A DNA stretch of 32,000 nt. Source: Opitutales bacterium. Lineage in GTDB: Bacteria > Verrucomicrobiota > Verrucomicrobiia > Opitutales > Coraliomargaritaceae. Shown here in pieces: positions 16,342 through 25,842 of this stretch. The position numbers were made by a program, and so were the translations under genes. Location: assembly GCA_049606355.1 (NCBI GenBank), contig JBMYVL010000008.1, positions 30,001 through 62,000 of the forward strand. The letters are read 5' to 3'. Below the pieces are notes generated by a model that was not told where the DNA came from, did no database searches, and worked only from the letters and a program-made list of their open reading frames with translations. Each line of letters begins with the position of its first letter. Position 1 is the first letter of the stretch.

Positions 16342-17664
16342 ATGATTAACTATACTCGACTGCTCTTGCTGCTGCTTCTGCTGGCAGCTCCTGGATTCTT
16401 AACCGCCGATACGGCACTGCCCGCCCTGGATGCGGCTCCTGTCGCAGAGGCTGCAGACGCATTGAGCTCGGCAGACACTGCGTGGATGCTGACTGCAACG
16501 GTACTGGTTCTGTTTATGACCTTGCCGGGCTTGGCGCTCTTTTATGGCGGTTTGGTCCGCTCGCAGAATGTTCTTTCGGTTTTAATGCACTGCTTCGCCA
16601 TCGCCTGCCTGGCATCGGTGCTGTGGGTCGCGGTCCTGTACAGCCTCGCGTTTGCGGAGGGCTGTGCTTGGTATGGTGGCTTGCAAAACCTCGGCCTGCG
16701 CGCGGTGACGATCGACAGTATGAGCGGTACCATACCGGAGACGCTGTTTGTCATGTTCCAGATGACTTTTGCAATTATTACACCGGGGCTGATCGTGGGT
16801 GCGTTTGTGGAGCGCATGAAGTTCAGCGCCGTGCTACTCTTCACCGCCTTGTGGTTGGTGTTGGTCTATGCTCCAGTGACCCACTGGGTCTGGGGGGGTG
16901 GATGGCTCCAGGAGATGGGCGTGATTGATCTCGCCGGTGGGATCGTGGTGCATGCCACGGCGGGCATTTCAGCGCTGTTGCTGGCCAAGTTCGTCGGTCC
17001 GCGCGATGGCTTCCCGAAGAAACTACATGTGCCGCACAACCCGGGCATGGTCATGATCGGTGCCTCGATGCTGTGGGTCGGCTGGTTCGGCTTTAATGCC
17101 GGCAGTCAAGTCGCCGCCAATGAAGCCGCCGGGATGACTATGCTGGTGACGCATATTTCCGCTGCGGTCGCGAGTTTGACCTGGATGGCGATCGAGTGGA
17201 TCAAAAACGGTAAACCCGGCCTGGTGGGTATCGTCACTGGTATGGTTGCCGGTTTGGCGACGATTACGCCGGCGTCCGGAAATGTCGGCCCGCTGGGTGC
17301 CGTCTGTATTGGCTTCCTCGCCGGTTTCGTGTGCTACTTCATGTGTGGCATCGTGAAGCAAAGCATGAAAATTGATGACACCTTAGACGTCTTCGCCGTG
17401 CACGGTGTGGGAGGTATCATGGGGACGCTGCTAGTGGCGGTCTTCGGTACGGCCGCATTGGGTGGCTCCGGTGTCGATGATATGGGTGGGCAGTTGCTCA
17501 CGCAGGTGATCGCGCTGGGCGCAGTGATCGCCTGGTCCGCGCTTGCCACCATCGTTATTATCTATGTGTGCAAGGCGATTACCGGACTCCGCGTCTCTCC
17601 AGAAGCCGAGACAACGGGCCTCGATCAGGCAGAACATGGCGAAACGGCGTATCATTTCGAATGA
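16342..17664 (+). CDS. amtB: Ammonium transporter AmtB, copy 2
   Basis: Signal peptide MINYTRLLLLLLLLAAPGFLTA. Then TAWMLTATVLVLFMTLPGLALFYGGLVRSQN, GAFVERMKF, DLAGGIVVHATAGISAL, GWFGFNAGS and DDTLDVFAVHGVGGIMG, which is E. coli AmtB-like. ATG 16342 is preferred over the upstream alternative start. Confidence 0.9.
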   Translation: MINYTRLLLLLLLLAAPGFLTADTALPALDAAPVAEAADALSSADTAWMLTATVLVLFMTLPGLALFYGGLVRSQNVLSVLMHCFAIACLASVLWVAVLYSLAFAEGCAWYGGLQNLGLRAVTIDSMSGTIPETLFVMFQMTFAIITPGLIVGAFVERMKFSAVLLFTALWLVLVYAPVTHWVWGGGWLQEMGVIDLAGGIVVHATAGISALLLAKFVGPRDGFPKKLHVPHNPGMVMIGASMLWVGWFGFNAGSQVAANEAAGMTMLVTHISAAVASLTWMAIEWIKNGKPGLVGIVTGMVAGLATITPASGNVGPLGAVCIGFLAGFVCYFMCGIVKQSMKIDDTLDVFAVHGVGGIMGTLLVAVFGTAALGGSGVDDMGGQLLTQVIALGAVIAWSALATIVIIYVCKAITGLRVSPEAETTGLDQAEHGETAYHFE

Positions 17665-17719
17665 TCAAATTCAGTTTTGCTAAATCGACACGAAACGCAC
17701 ACGATCACCTACGAATTAA

Positions 17720-18076
<357 letters not shown>

Positions 18077-18100
18077 GTTCGCTCCAAACGGATCTTTCCA

Positions 18101-18134
18101 ACGGCATCCCCGCGTGGGGCTGCCGTTTTTTTTG
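18101..18134 (+). terminator. Rho-independent terminator after glnK copy 2
   Basis: Hairpin ACGGCA-TCCCCGCGTGGGGC-TGCCGT (outer 6-bp stem plus inner CCCC/GGGG), followed by T8. Confidence 0.7.
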
Positions 18135-18179
18135 TAAAAGGGCTAGGCTGGCCTGGAGTCGCTGCGCCTCGAGCTGCCC

Positions 18180-18515
18180 TCAGCGCATGCCTTTGTGCAG
18201 CTTCTTCAGCGTCGGCGCGTCGACGATTTCGGGTGCTCGCGTATCCTTGCCGGCAGTTTTGTGGTAGCGACCGGTCAGTTGATCCTTCTCATAGCGGGTA
18301 AAGCCGTGCTTCTCGATACTCTCCGCGCTCAGCTTACTTTGGGTGGCCGCTTCGGTGTACTGTGTGGGTAAATTCGGGCTGACAAAGACCTTTTTGACGG
18401 GGTTGCCCGTCTTCGGGTGTGTCTGCAGCGCTGGCTCGGACATGCGTTGGATGATTTCAAAGCATTCGCCTTCACTGCCGTCCGGCAAAATTTCCTGGTA
18501 AAGATAAGTGGGCAT
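18180..18515 (-). CDS. Hypothetical small protein with a cysteine-less FmdB/zinc-ribbon-like N-terminus
   Basis: 111-aa ORF with a clean ATG start. The N-terminus MPTYLYQEILPDGSEGECFEIIQRMSEPALQTHPKTGNPVKKV follows the FmdB pattern MPxYEYxCxxCGxxFExxQxMSxxPLxxCPxCGxxVxK. Both CxxC pairs are replaced. Confidence 0.45.
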   Translation of the reverse strand: MPTYLYQEILPDGSEGECFEIIQRMSEPALQTHPKTGNPVKKVFVSPNLPTQYTEAATQSKLSAESIEKHGFTRYEKDQLTGRYHKTAGKDTRAPEIVDAPTLKKLHKGMR

Positions 18516-18709
18516 TAGTGCGTGAAATACGGGTCAACTTGTAAGTACGGGCAATCTTTTAGGATTGGTTGAATACAACATCGAAATATCCGAGCTCGCA
18601 ACATGAATTCCGCTCCCGAACTGCCTATAAAGTCAAATTGTAGCTTGCATGAGATGGGTCGGGAACTAAGTTTCGCACGTTTTGAGTACGCCATGAGTCG
18701 GCAGACCAA

Positions 18710-19264
18710 ATGAGCACACGACAAACAACCGTAGCATATGACAGTAAAGTAGAGGGTGAAGTGATTGTCACCCAGGCATCTGCTGTCATCAACTGGATCC
18801 GTAAGCATTCGGTTTGGCCCATGCCGATGGGCCTCGCGTGTTGTGCGATCGAACTCATGGCAGTCGGTGCCTCCCGCTTTGATATTTCTCGTTTCGGTAT
18901 GGAAGTCATGCGTTTTTCGCCGCGTCAGGCGGATTGCATGATCGTGTCCGGCACGGTGACGTACAAGATGGCCGAAGTGGTTCGGCGCATCTATGAGCAA
19001 ATGGCCGAACCGAAGTGGGTGGTCGCCATGGGTGCGTGCGCGAGCACCGGGGGGATGTACCGATCCTATGCGACACTGCAAGGGGTCGACCGTATTATAC
19101 CGGTGGATGTGTACGTGAGTGGCTGTCCGCCGCGCCCGGAAGCACTTCTCGATGCGATGATTAAATTGCAGGACAAGATCAGCGATGAAGCATCGTTGAA
19201 AAACTTGACCGCACCAAAGGCTGCTCCGCACCACGAGTTAGCCGGAGCTGGGAAGGACGCTTAA
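18710..19264 (+). CDS. nuoB: NADH-quinone oxidoreductase subunit B
   Basis: [37 protein letters not shown] and [12 protein letters not shown], the cluster N2 cysteine motifs. Confidence 0.95.
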   Translation: MSTRQTTVAYDSKVEGEVIVTQASAVINWIRKHSVWPMPMGLACCAIELMAVGASRFDISRFGMEVMRFSPRQADCMIVSGTVTYKMAEVVRRIYEQMAEPKWVVAMGACASTGGMYRSYATLQGVDRIIPVDVYVSGCPPRPEALLDAMIKLQDKISDEASLKNLTAPKAAPHHELAGAGKDA

Positions 19265-19267
19265 GTC

Positions 19268-19876
19268 ATGGCGACGACCGATTTTGCGCTTTTACAGGAG
19301 CGTTTTGACTATCTCGAAGAGCGAGATTCCGCGGACCACCTCGCGGTCAACTGTCCGGCAGAGCGGCTGATTGAGCTGTGTACCGCTTTGCGCGACGAGT
19401 TTGGCTATGATTTACTCAACTGCGTGACTGCAATTGATTGGGATGCGCAGAGCCCGCGATTTACCGGGGTCTACCACATCCTTTCGACTTCAACGCATGA
19501 GTACATCCGCATCGCGGTCGATTGTACCGATGACATTGCGCCGAGCCTGCCGAGTTTGAGCGCCCTGTATCCGGCAGCTGATTGGCATGAACGCGAAACC
19601 TTTGATCTTTACGGGATACGTTTTGAGGGGCACCCGAACCTGAGCCGTATCCTGATGTGGGACGATTATCCGTACCACCCCTTACGTAAGGATTTCCCCT
19701 TGGCAGGGATTGAAGTTCCGTTTCCCGCGGCGGACGTTGCTGAGTCGGCGCAGGCTAAAGTACTGCCGGCGCCCATGATGGGCGGGCCCTTTGTGTCCGC
19801 CGCCAATGGTAGCCTACGCCAGTGTGAACCGCAGGCCAAAGACGAGAGTTGGACGGAAAAAGAGGAGGAGCGGTAA
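19268..19876 (+). CDS. nuoC: NADH-quinone oxidoreductase subunit C
   Basis: YPAADWHERETFDLYGIRFEGHPNLSRILM and YPYHPLRKDFPL, the NuoC/30-kDa signature. A GGAAGGA RBS lies upstream. Confidence 0.92.
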   Translation: MATTDFALLQERFDYLEERDSADHLAVNCPAERLIELCTALRDEFGYDLLNCVTAIDWDAQSPRFTGVYHILSTSTHEYIRIAVDCTDDIAPSLPSLSALYPAADWHERETFDLYGIRFEGHPNLSRILMWDDYPYHPLRKDFPLAGIEVPFPAADVAESAQAKVLPAPMMGGPFVSAANGSLRQCEPQAKDESWTEKEEER

Positions 19877-21115
19877 ATGGCGACAACTAAAGAAATTTCA
19901 ATTGGTGAACTGGCCACTCGTGCCGGTGAGGTCGAGGCAGAGCTCAAAGGGGAGACCATGTCGCTCAATGTGGGCCCTTCGCATCCCACGACGCACGGTG
20001 TCCTGCGTTTGCTGACGGAGTTGGATGGTGATGTGATTACCAAATGCCAACCGGTAATTGGCTATTTGCACCGTGGCTCGGAAAAAATTGCCGAGAACAT
20101 GACTTTCAATCAATTCGTTCCGTATACGGATCGCTTGGATTATTTGGCACCGCTGGCCAACAATGTGGCGTATGCGATGGCTGTCGAAAAGATCGCGCAG
20201 TTGGAAGTACCGGAGCGTTGCCAGTCGATTCGCGTGCTTTGTTGTGAGCTGGCACGCATCTCGTCTCATTTGCTCGGCGTCGGTGTGTACGGTATGGATG
20301 CCGGTGCCTGGACGGTATTTATGTATACCTTTACCGAGCGGGAAAAACTCTACACGTTGTTTGAGCAATTAACCGGCGCCCGTTTCACCACCAGCTATAC
20401 ACGCATCGGTGGGGTCGCTCGTGATATACCGGATGGTTGGCTGGGGCGCGTGACGGATTTCTGCAAAGATGTTTTAGAGGTCTTGGATCAGGTGGATAAA
20501 CTCCTGACCCGCAATCGAATCTTTATGGATCGAACGGTCGGTATTGGCACGATCTCAAAAGAAGATGCCATTGCCTATGGTTTAACCGGGCCTAACTTAC
20601 GCGCCTCCGGTGTGGACCTCGACCTGCGCAAGGATAAGCCGTACCTCGGCTATGAGAAATACGATTTCGATGTGCCGATCGGTACCACCGGCGATTGTTA
20701 TGATCGCTACCTAATGCGTGCGGAAGAAATTCGGCAGTCGGTGCGAATCATTCGACAGGTGATCGACGCGATCCCGGAGGGGCCCTACTACGCGGAAGAT
20801 GCCAAGAAAATTGTCGCTCCGCCCAAAGGAAAAGTGCTCACGAGTATGGAGGAATTGATCCAGAACTTTATGATCACGACCGAGGGTCCGCAGATCCCCG
20901 CCGGTGAAGCCTATTTTGAAGCCGAAAACCCGAAAGGAGCGCTCGGATTTTATGTGGTTTCGAAGGGGGGGGGCGTGCCTTACAAATTAAAGATACGTGG
21001 GCCTTCTTTCAGTTCTTTAAGTATCATTGAGAAGATTGTCCCCGGCCACTACTTGGCAGATATCACAGTGCTGTTGGGTTCGCTCGACTTTGTTTTAGGG
21101 GAGTGTGATCGATAG
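19877..21115 (+). CDS. nuoD: NADH-quinone oxidoreductase subunit D
   Basis: NVGPSHPTTHGVLRL, GYLHRGSEKI, DRLDY, EAENPKGALGFYVVS and YKLKIRGPSF. A strong AGGAGGAG RBS is present, and the start immediately follows the nuoC stop. Confidence 0.95.
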   Translation: MATTKEISIGELATRAGEVEAELKGETMSLNVGPSHPTTHGVLRLLTELDGDVITKCQPVIGYLHRGSEKIAENMTFNQFVPYTDRLDYLAPLANNVAYAMAVEKIAQLEVPERCQSIRVLCCELARISSHLLGVGVYGMDAGAWTVFMYTFTEREKLYTLFEQLTGARFTTSYTRIGGVARDIPDGWLGRVTDFCKDVLEVLDQVDKLLTRNRIFMDRTVGIGTISKEDAIAYGLTGPNLRASGVDLDLRKDKPYLGYEKYDFDVPIGTTGDCYDRYLMRAEEIRQSVRIIRQVIDAIPEGPYYAEDAKKIVAPPKGKVLTSMEELIQNFMITTEGPQIPAGEAYFEAENPKGALGFYVVSKGGGVPYKLKIRGPSFSSLSIIEKIVPGHYLADITVLLGSLDFVLGECDR

Positions 21116-21136
21116 CTTCTAACCTGGGTGATTGAT

Positions 21137-21616
21137 ATGGATTTGAAACCTGAAACGATTGAAAAAATTGACAAGCTGGTGCCCCGTTATCCGACGGTGC
21201 GCAGCGCAGCTTTGCCGCTGTGTCACCTCGTCCAGGAAGATCAGGGCTACCTTTCCAGTGAGGCGATTGAGTGGATCGCCAATCGCTTGGAGCTTCAACC
21301 GATCAATATACAAGAGATCGTTACTTTTTATCCGATGCTGCGTACGGAACCGACGGGTAAGTATCACGTTCGGGTCTGTCGCACCTTACCCTGTGCGCTC
21401 GCGGGTGCGTACAGTACCTGCCGTCGCCTTGAAGAGGAATTGAATGTAAGGGTCGGCCACACCAGTGAGGATGGCTTGGTTACTTTGGAATATGTCGAGT
21501 GCCATGCAGACTGTGGCAAGGCACCGGTGGTCATGGTTGGCGAAGCGGAGTATACCGACATTAGCCCAGACCGCGCGACCGAGCTCGCCGCGAAAATGAA
21601 GCGTGGAGAACTGTAA
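21137..21616 (+). CDS. nuoE: NADH-quinone oxidoreductase subunit E
   Basis: RSAALPLCHLVQEDQGYLS, YHVRVCRTLPCALAG and VECHADCGKAPVVMV, the thioredoxin-like 2Fe-2S cysteines. The start is ATG 21137 or GTG 21128. Confidence 0.9.
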   Translation: MDLKPETIEKIDKLVPRYPTVRSAALPLCHLVQEDQGYLSSEAIEWIANRLELQPINIQEIVTFYPMLRTEPTGKYHVRVCRTLPCALAGAYSTCRRLEEELNVRVGHTSEDGLVTLEYVECHADCGKAPVVMVGEAEYTDISPDRATELAAKMKRGEL

Positions 21617-21626
21617 GTGAGGGAAG

Positions 21627-22991
21627 ATGGAACATCAGGAACACAGACTTATTTTTAAACATGTCGACGAGCCCGGTTACTCGAACGACATCGACTGTTA
21701 CCTCCAAAACGGCGGCTATGCAGAATTAAAGAAAGCCGTCACAATGCAACCGGAAGACATTTGTCAGGAAGTGTTGGATTCCGGTGTGCGGGGGCGCGGC
21801 GGCGCAGGTTTTCCAGCCGGAATGAAATGGAAGTTCCTCGATCGGAAGTCAGGTAAACCCATTTATTTGATCTGTAACGCGGATGAATCGGAGCCCGGCA
21901 CTTTTAAAGATCGCCAAATCATTCATCAGGATCCGCACCAATTGATCGAAGGGATGTTGTGCGCAGCCTTCGCGATTCAAGCGAAATTAGCCTTCATCTA
22001 TATCCGCGGTGAATTTTTCCAAGGCTACCAAATCCTGGAGCGGGCGATTGAAGAGGCACGCGCAAAGAATTTCTTAGGGGACAACATTCTCGGTTCGGGC
22101 TACTCCTGTGATATCATCGTCCATCGCGGCGCGGGAGCCTACATTTGTGGCGAAGAGACCGGACTGATTGAATCGCTTGAAGGCAAGCGTGCCAATCCGC
22201 GCATCAAACCACCGTACTTCCCGGCGGCTTTAGGCGCGTACCAATGCCCCACGATCGTTAATAACGTGGAGACCTTGTGTGATGTGAAGCACATCGTTCG
22301 CATGGGTGGCAAAGAATTTGCCAAGATTGGTACGCCCGGTAATACCGGCACTCGTATTTGGTGTGTCTCCGGCCATGTGCAGAAGCCCGGTTACTACGAA
22401 TTTCCCTGTGCAGGCGTCACCCTCGGGCAGCTGATCTATGATGTTTGTGGTGGCCTCAAGCCGGGGCGTAAACTCAAAGCAGTGATTCCGGGCGGTTCGT
22501 CGGCCAAAGTTCTGCGAGCGGACGAACGCTTCAAGGGTAAGCTCAAAGATGGGACGGAATTTGATTGGGGCATCGAAGATATCCCGATGGATTTCGATAG
22601 TTTGATGGCCTGTGGTTCGATGTCAGGCTCCGGCGGGGTTATTGTGATGGATGATACCACCGACATGGTCGAAGCTTTGGCGAATATCAATTACTTCTAT
22701 GCCCACGAAAGCTGCGGTCAATGTACCCCATGCCGTGAAGGGGTGCCATGGATGCGCAAGGTGACCGCGCGGATGTGTGCCGGCGAAGCGCGTGAGGAGG
22801 ATGCCGATTTATTGAAAAGTATCGCCGATCAAATTGCAGGGCGTACCATTTGTGCCTTCGGTGAGGCAGCTTCGTGGCCGGTACAGAGCTTTATCGAGAA
22901 ATTTAAAGATGAGTTTGTGGAGAAAGCTCGGGAACAAGCGGCGCGCCGGAAAGACGGCAAGTTGACGACGACGGAAACGACATTGATCTAA
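21627..22991 (+). CDS. nuoF: NADH-quinone oxidoreductase subunit F
   Basis: GRGGAGFPAGMKW (FMN), CNADESEPGTFKDR, GAGAYICGEETGLIESLEG and ESCGQCTPCREG (N3 cluster). Confidence 0.95.
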   Translation: MEHQEHRLIFKHVDEPGYSNDIDCYLQNGGYAELKKAVTMQPEDICQEVLDSGVRGRGGAGFPAGMKWKFLDRKSGKPIYLICNADESEPGTFKDRQIIHQDPHQLIEGMLCAAFAIQAKLAFIYIRGEFFQGYQILERAIEEARAKNFLGDNILGSGYSCDIIVHRGAGAYICGEETGLIESLEGKRANPRIKPPYFPAALGAYQCPTIVNNVETLCDVKHIVRMGGKEFAKIGTPGNTGTRIWCVSGHVQKPGYYEFPCAGVTLGQLIYDVCGGLKPGRKLKAVIPGGSSAKVLRADERFKGKLKDGTEFDWGIEDIPMDFDSLMACGSMSGSGGVIVMDDTTDMVEALANINYFYAHESCGQCTPCREGVPWMRKVTARMCAGEAREEDADLLKSIADQIAGRTICAFGEAASWPVQSFIEKFKDEFVEKAREQAARRKDGKLTTTETTLI

Positions 22992-22993
22992 TA

Positions 22994-24709
22994 ATGAGTG
23001 ACAATGCTACAGTTGAAACGGTCGTCATCAATATCGACGGCCAGGATGTTGAAGTCCCGAAAGGTACCAATGCGATCGAAGCTGCCCAATTGCATGGCAA
23101 AGAGATCCCTCATTATTGCTACCACCCGAAACTTTCAGTCGCTGGCAATTGCCGCATGTGTCTCATCGAGATGGGTATGCCAATGCGTGACCGAGCGACG
23201 GGTGATCCGATCCTGGATGCAGATGGAACGCAAAAAATCGGATGGGGTCCGAAGCCCACGATTGGCTGTGCGACTACGGTCGCTCCGGGGATGCACCTGC
23301 GTACGGATTCGCCTATGGTCAAAGAGGCGCGTAACGGAGTTACTGAATTTTTGTTGATCAACCACCCGCTGGACTGCCCCATTTGCGATCAAGCCGGCGA
23401 GTGTCGCTTACAGGAGTTTTCTGCCGATCACGGTCGTTGCGAGAGTCGCTTCATTGAAGACAAAAATGTGAAGCCGAAGCGCACTCGTTTAGGGCCGCGC
23501 GTGACGCTCGATGATGAACGCTGTATCCTGTGTTCGCGTTGTATTCGTTTTTCTCAAGAGGTGGCTCAGGATGACGTCCTTGGCTTTGTCGACCGCGGGA
23601 CCTATTCGACCTTGACCTGTTATCCCGGCAAAGAGTTGGCGAACAACTATTCGCTCAATACGGTCGATCTGTGCCCCGTGGGCGCTCTCACCAGTACTGA
23701 TTTCCGCTTCAAGATGCGGGTCTGGTTCTTGAAGCGTACCAACAGTATTTGCACGGAGAGTAGTGTCGGTGCCAACACCACGGTTTGGAGCCGTGAAGGT
23801 AAAATTTACCGGATCACACCTCGTCGTAATGACGCCGTTAATGATACCTGGATGACTGATTCAGGTCGCACGCTGTTTAATGCAACTGAATCCGAGGACC
23901 GTTTGATTCATTATACGGTTGATGGAGTCCATCGGTCGGCAGATGAGACGGCTGCAGCAGCGGTCAATTTACTCAAGCAGGGTAGTGTCGCACTGCTGGC
24001 TTCGGCGCAGAGCACAGTCGAAGAGCAATTCTTCTACAAGCAGATTGCCGAGCGCACCGATGCAGTGGTACAGCTAGTTCATCAGACTGGTTCAGGTGAT
24101 GGTATTCTCCTTTCCGAAGACCGTACGCCGAATTTGCGCGGCGCGTTACTGACACGGCTGATTCACGAGCTTCCATCCGCTGGGCTCGAGACTTTAAAGA
24201 AGCAAATCGAGGCGGGTTCGGTGAAGACGCTCGTCGTTGTCGGTGAGGACTTAACTGCTTTGGGGCTACCTGCGGAATTACTCTCAAAAGTAGCGATTAT
24301 TTATTTAGGGAGTCTGGCCAATGAAACCAGTAAAGTGGCCAAGGTGGTGTGCCCATCATTGACCGTGTTTGAGAAGGCGGGTTCGTTTGTGAATCAAAAC
24401 TTTCGTTTGCAGCAATTTGCAGCGGCCATCCCGGGACCGAAGGGCATCGTGAGCGACGTTGAAGTGCTGGAAAAAATTGTGGCGGGTCTCGCCGAGGAAA
24501 GTTCACAAGCGGTCACGCCGGATTTAATTTGGCAACGCTTGGCTGCGCAGGTACCGGAATTTTCGGCAATCACCTGGCAAGGTATCGGTGAGGACGGTGT
24601 GGCGATTGATCCGACTGCATTTATCGGATTACCGTTTTCGGAACGTAAGAATCTTAAATATGACCCAGTCGCGTTCAAGGAGGCGCATGCAGCTTCAGTT
24701 GGAGCCTAG
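22994..24709 (+). CDS. nuoG: NADH-quinone oxidoreductase subunit G (short form, 571 aa)
   Basis: 2Fe-2S motif HYCYHPKLSVAGNCRMCLIE..GCATTV. His-ligated 4Fe-4S motif NHPLDCPICDQAGECRLQE. 4Fe-4S motif CILCSRCIRF..LCPVGALT. A shortened molybdopterin-oxidoreductase-like domain follows. Confidence 0.9.
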   Translation: MSDNATVETVVINIDGQDVEVPKGTNAIEAAQLHGKEIPHYCYHPKLSVAGNCRMCLIEMGMPMRDRATGDPILDADGTQKIGWGPKPTIGCATTVAPGMHLRTDSPMVKEARNGVTEFLLINHPLDCPICDQAGECRLQEFSADHGRCESRFIEDKNVKPKRTRLGPRVTLDDERCILCSRCIRFSQEVAQDDVLGFVDRGTYSTLTCYPGKELANNYSLNTVDLCPVGALTSTDFRFKMRVWFLKRTNSICTESSVGANTTVWSREGKIYRITPRRNDAVNDTWMTDSGRTLFNATESEDRLIHYTVDGVHRSADETAAAAVNLLKQGSVALLASAQSTVEEQFFYKQIAERTDAVVQLVHQTGSGDGILLSEDRTPNLRGALLTRLIHELPSAGLETLKKQIEAGSVKTLVVVGEDLTALGLPAELLSKVAIIYLGSLANETSKVAKVVCPSLTVFEKAGSFVNQNFRLQQFAAAIPGPKGIVSDVEVLEKIVAGLAEESSQAVTPDLIWQRLAAQVPEFSAITWQGIGEDGVAIDPTAFIGLPFSERKNLKYDPVAFKEAHAASVGA

Positions 24710-24723
24710 GCAAGCTGTTGGAT

Positions 24724-25830
24724 ATGGATGCAATGAGTGACTTTATGCCAGTGGTCCTACCGGTCGTCTTTGCCTTGCTGATGATCTCTGTATTTATGGG
24801 CTTGTGCAGCTACTCCGTGTTGGCGGAGCGTAAAGTATCGAGCTGGATACAGCGGCGTGTCGGGCCCAACCGGACGCGCCTTCCGATTGTTGGGCAAATC
24901 CCCGTGCTCGGTAACTTACTCACTGGTTTAGGGCTTTTTCAGCCCGCGGCCGATGGCTTAAAGTTCCTTTTCAAAGAGGAGATCACTCCGGGCCACGTCA
25001 AATTAGGGTATTACTACCTAGCGCCGATTGTTGCGCTGACGCCCGCACTGACCACGATGGTGGTGTTGCCTTTCGGGCGCTATGTGGATGCTGCGGGCAG
25101 TATTCAACCGCTCGCGCTGGCAAATTTGGATGTCGGCTTCCTGTTTATTTTGGCGGTTTCCTCGCTCGGCGTTTATGGCATCGTGCTTGCCGGTTGGGCG
25201 TCGAATTCAAAATACCCTTTCTTGGGAGCGATTCGCTCGTCGGCACAAATGATTTCGTATGAATTGGCGATGGGCTTGTCGATCTTGCCGGTTTTCATGT
25301 GGTCAGCCGCACCCGGCACCGACTATGGAATGAGCCTTTTCGGAGTGGTCCAGTCGCAGCAGAGTTTGTGGTTGGGTCTCTGGCAGCCACTCTCTGCGTT
25401 GATCTTCTTGGTTGCATTGTTTGCCGAGACGAATCGCCTGCCGTTTGACATGGCTGAATCCGAAACCGACTTGGTGGGTGGCTTCCACACGGAGTACGGC
25501 GCATTTAAATTCGGACTCTTCTTCGTGGCTGAGTATGCCCATATCATTATGGGCTCTGCGATCTTCGTTCTCTTATTTGCCGGTGGTTGGCATTTCCTTC
25601 CCGGTATTGCCGACCCATGGCCTGCGGGAAGCTTCGGCGCGGTACTGTCCGTTCTATGGTTTATGGCCAAAGTTTGCTTTATGATCTTCTTCTTTATCTG
25701 GATACGTTGGACCTTGCCTCGTTTCCGTTACGACCAAGTGATGTCGCTGGGTTGGAAGATCTTACTCCCACTCGCGATTGGTAATCTTGTCTGGAATACC
25801 GTGCTCATCGCTCTTATTGATACCGTTTAA
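24724..25830 (+). CDS. nuoH: NADH-quinone oxidoreductase subunit H
   Basis: AERKVSSWIQRRVGPNR, GWASNSKYPFLGAIRSSAQMISYEL, ETNRLPFDMAESETDLVGGFHTEYG. The start is ATG 24724, ATG 24733 or TTG 24718. Confidence 0.93.
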   Translation: MDAMSDFMPVVLPVVFALLMISVFMGLCSYSVLAERKVSSWIQRRVGPNRTRLPIVGQIPVLGNLLTGLGLFQPAADGLKFLFKEEITPGHVKLGYYYLAPIVALTPALTTMVVLPFGRYVDAAGSIQPLALANLDVGFLFILAVSSLGVYGIVLAGWASNSKYPFLGAIRSSAQMISYELAMGLSILPVFMWSAAPGTDYGMSLFGVVQSQQSLWLGLWQPLSALIFLVALFAETNRLPFDMAESETDLVGGFHTEYGAFKFGLFFVAEYAHIIMGSAIFVLLFAGGWHFLPGIADPWPAGSFGAVLSVLWFMAKVCFMIFFFIWIRWTLPRFRYDQVMSLGWKILLPLAIGNLVWNTVLIALIDTV

Positions 25831-25842
25831 TCGCAAAGACTC

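Noticed and set aside
18516-18709. Possible sigma-70 promoter for nuoB (TATAAA near 18636)
   Set aside because: The matching -35 region (TGAATT) is poor, and I cannot discriminate it from chance in a relatively AT-rich spacer. It is left unannotated.
18515-19234. 239-aa ORF on the minus strand
   Set aside because: It is entirely antisense to the unmistakable nuoB gene. The translation is His/Arg/Cys-rich with no recognisable motifs. It is a shadow ORF typical of GC-rich coding DNA.
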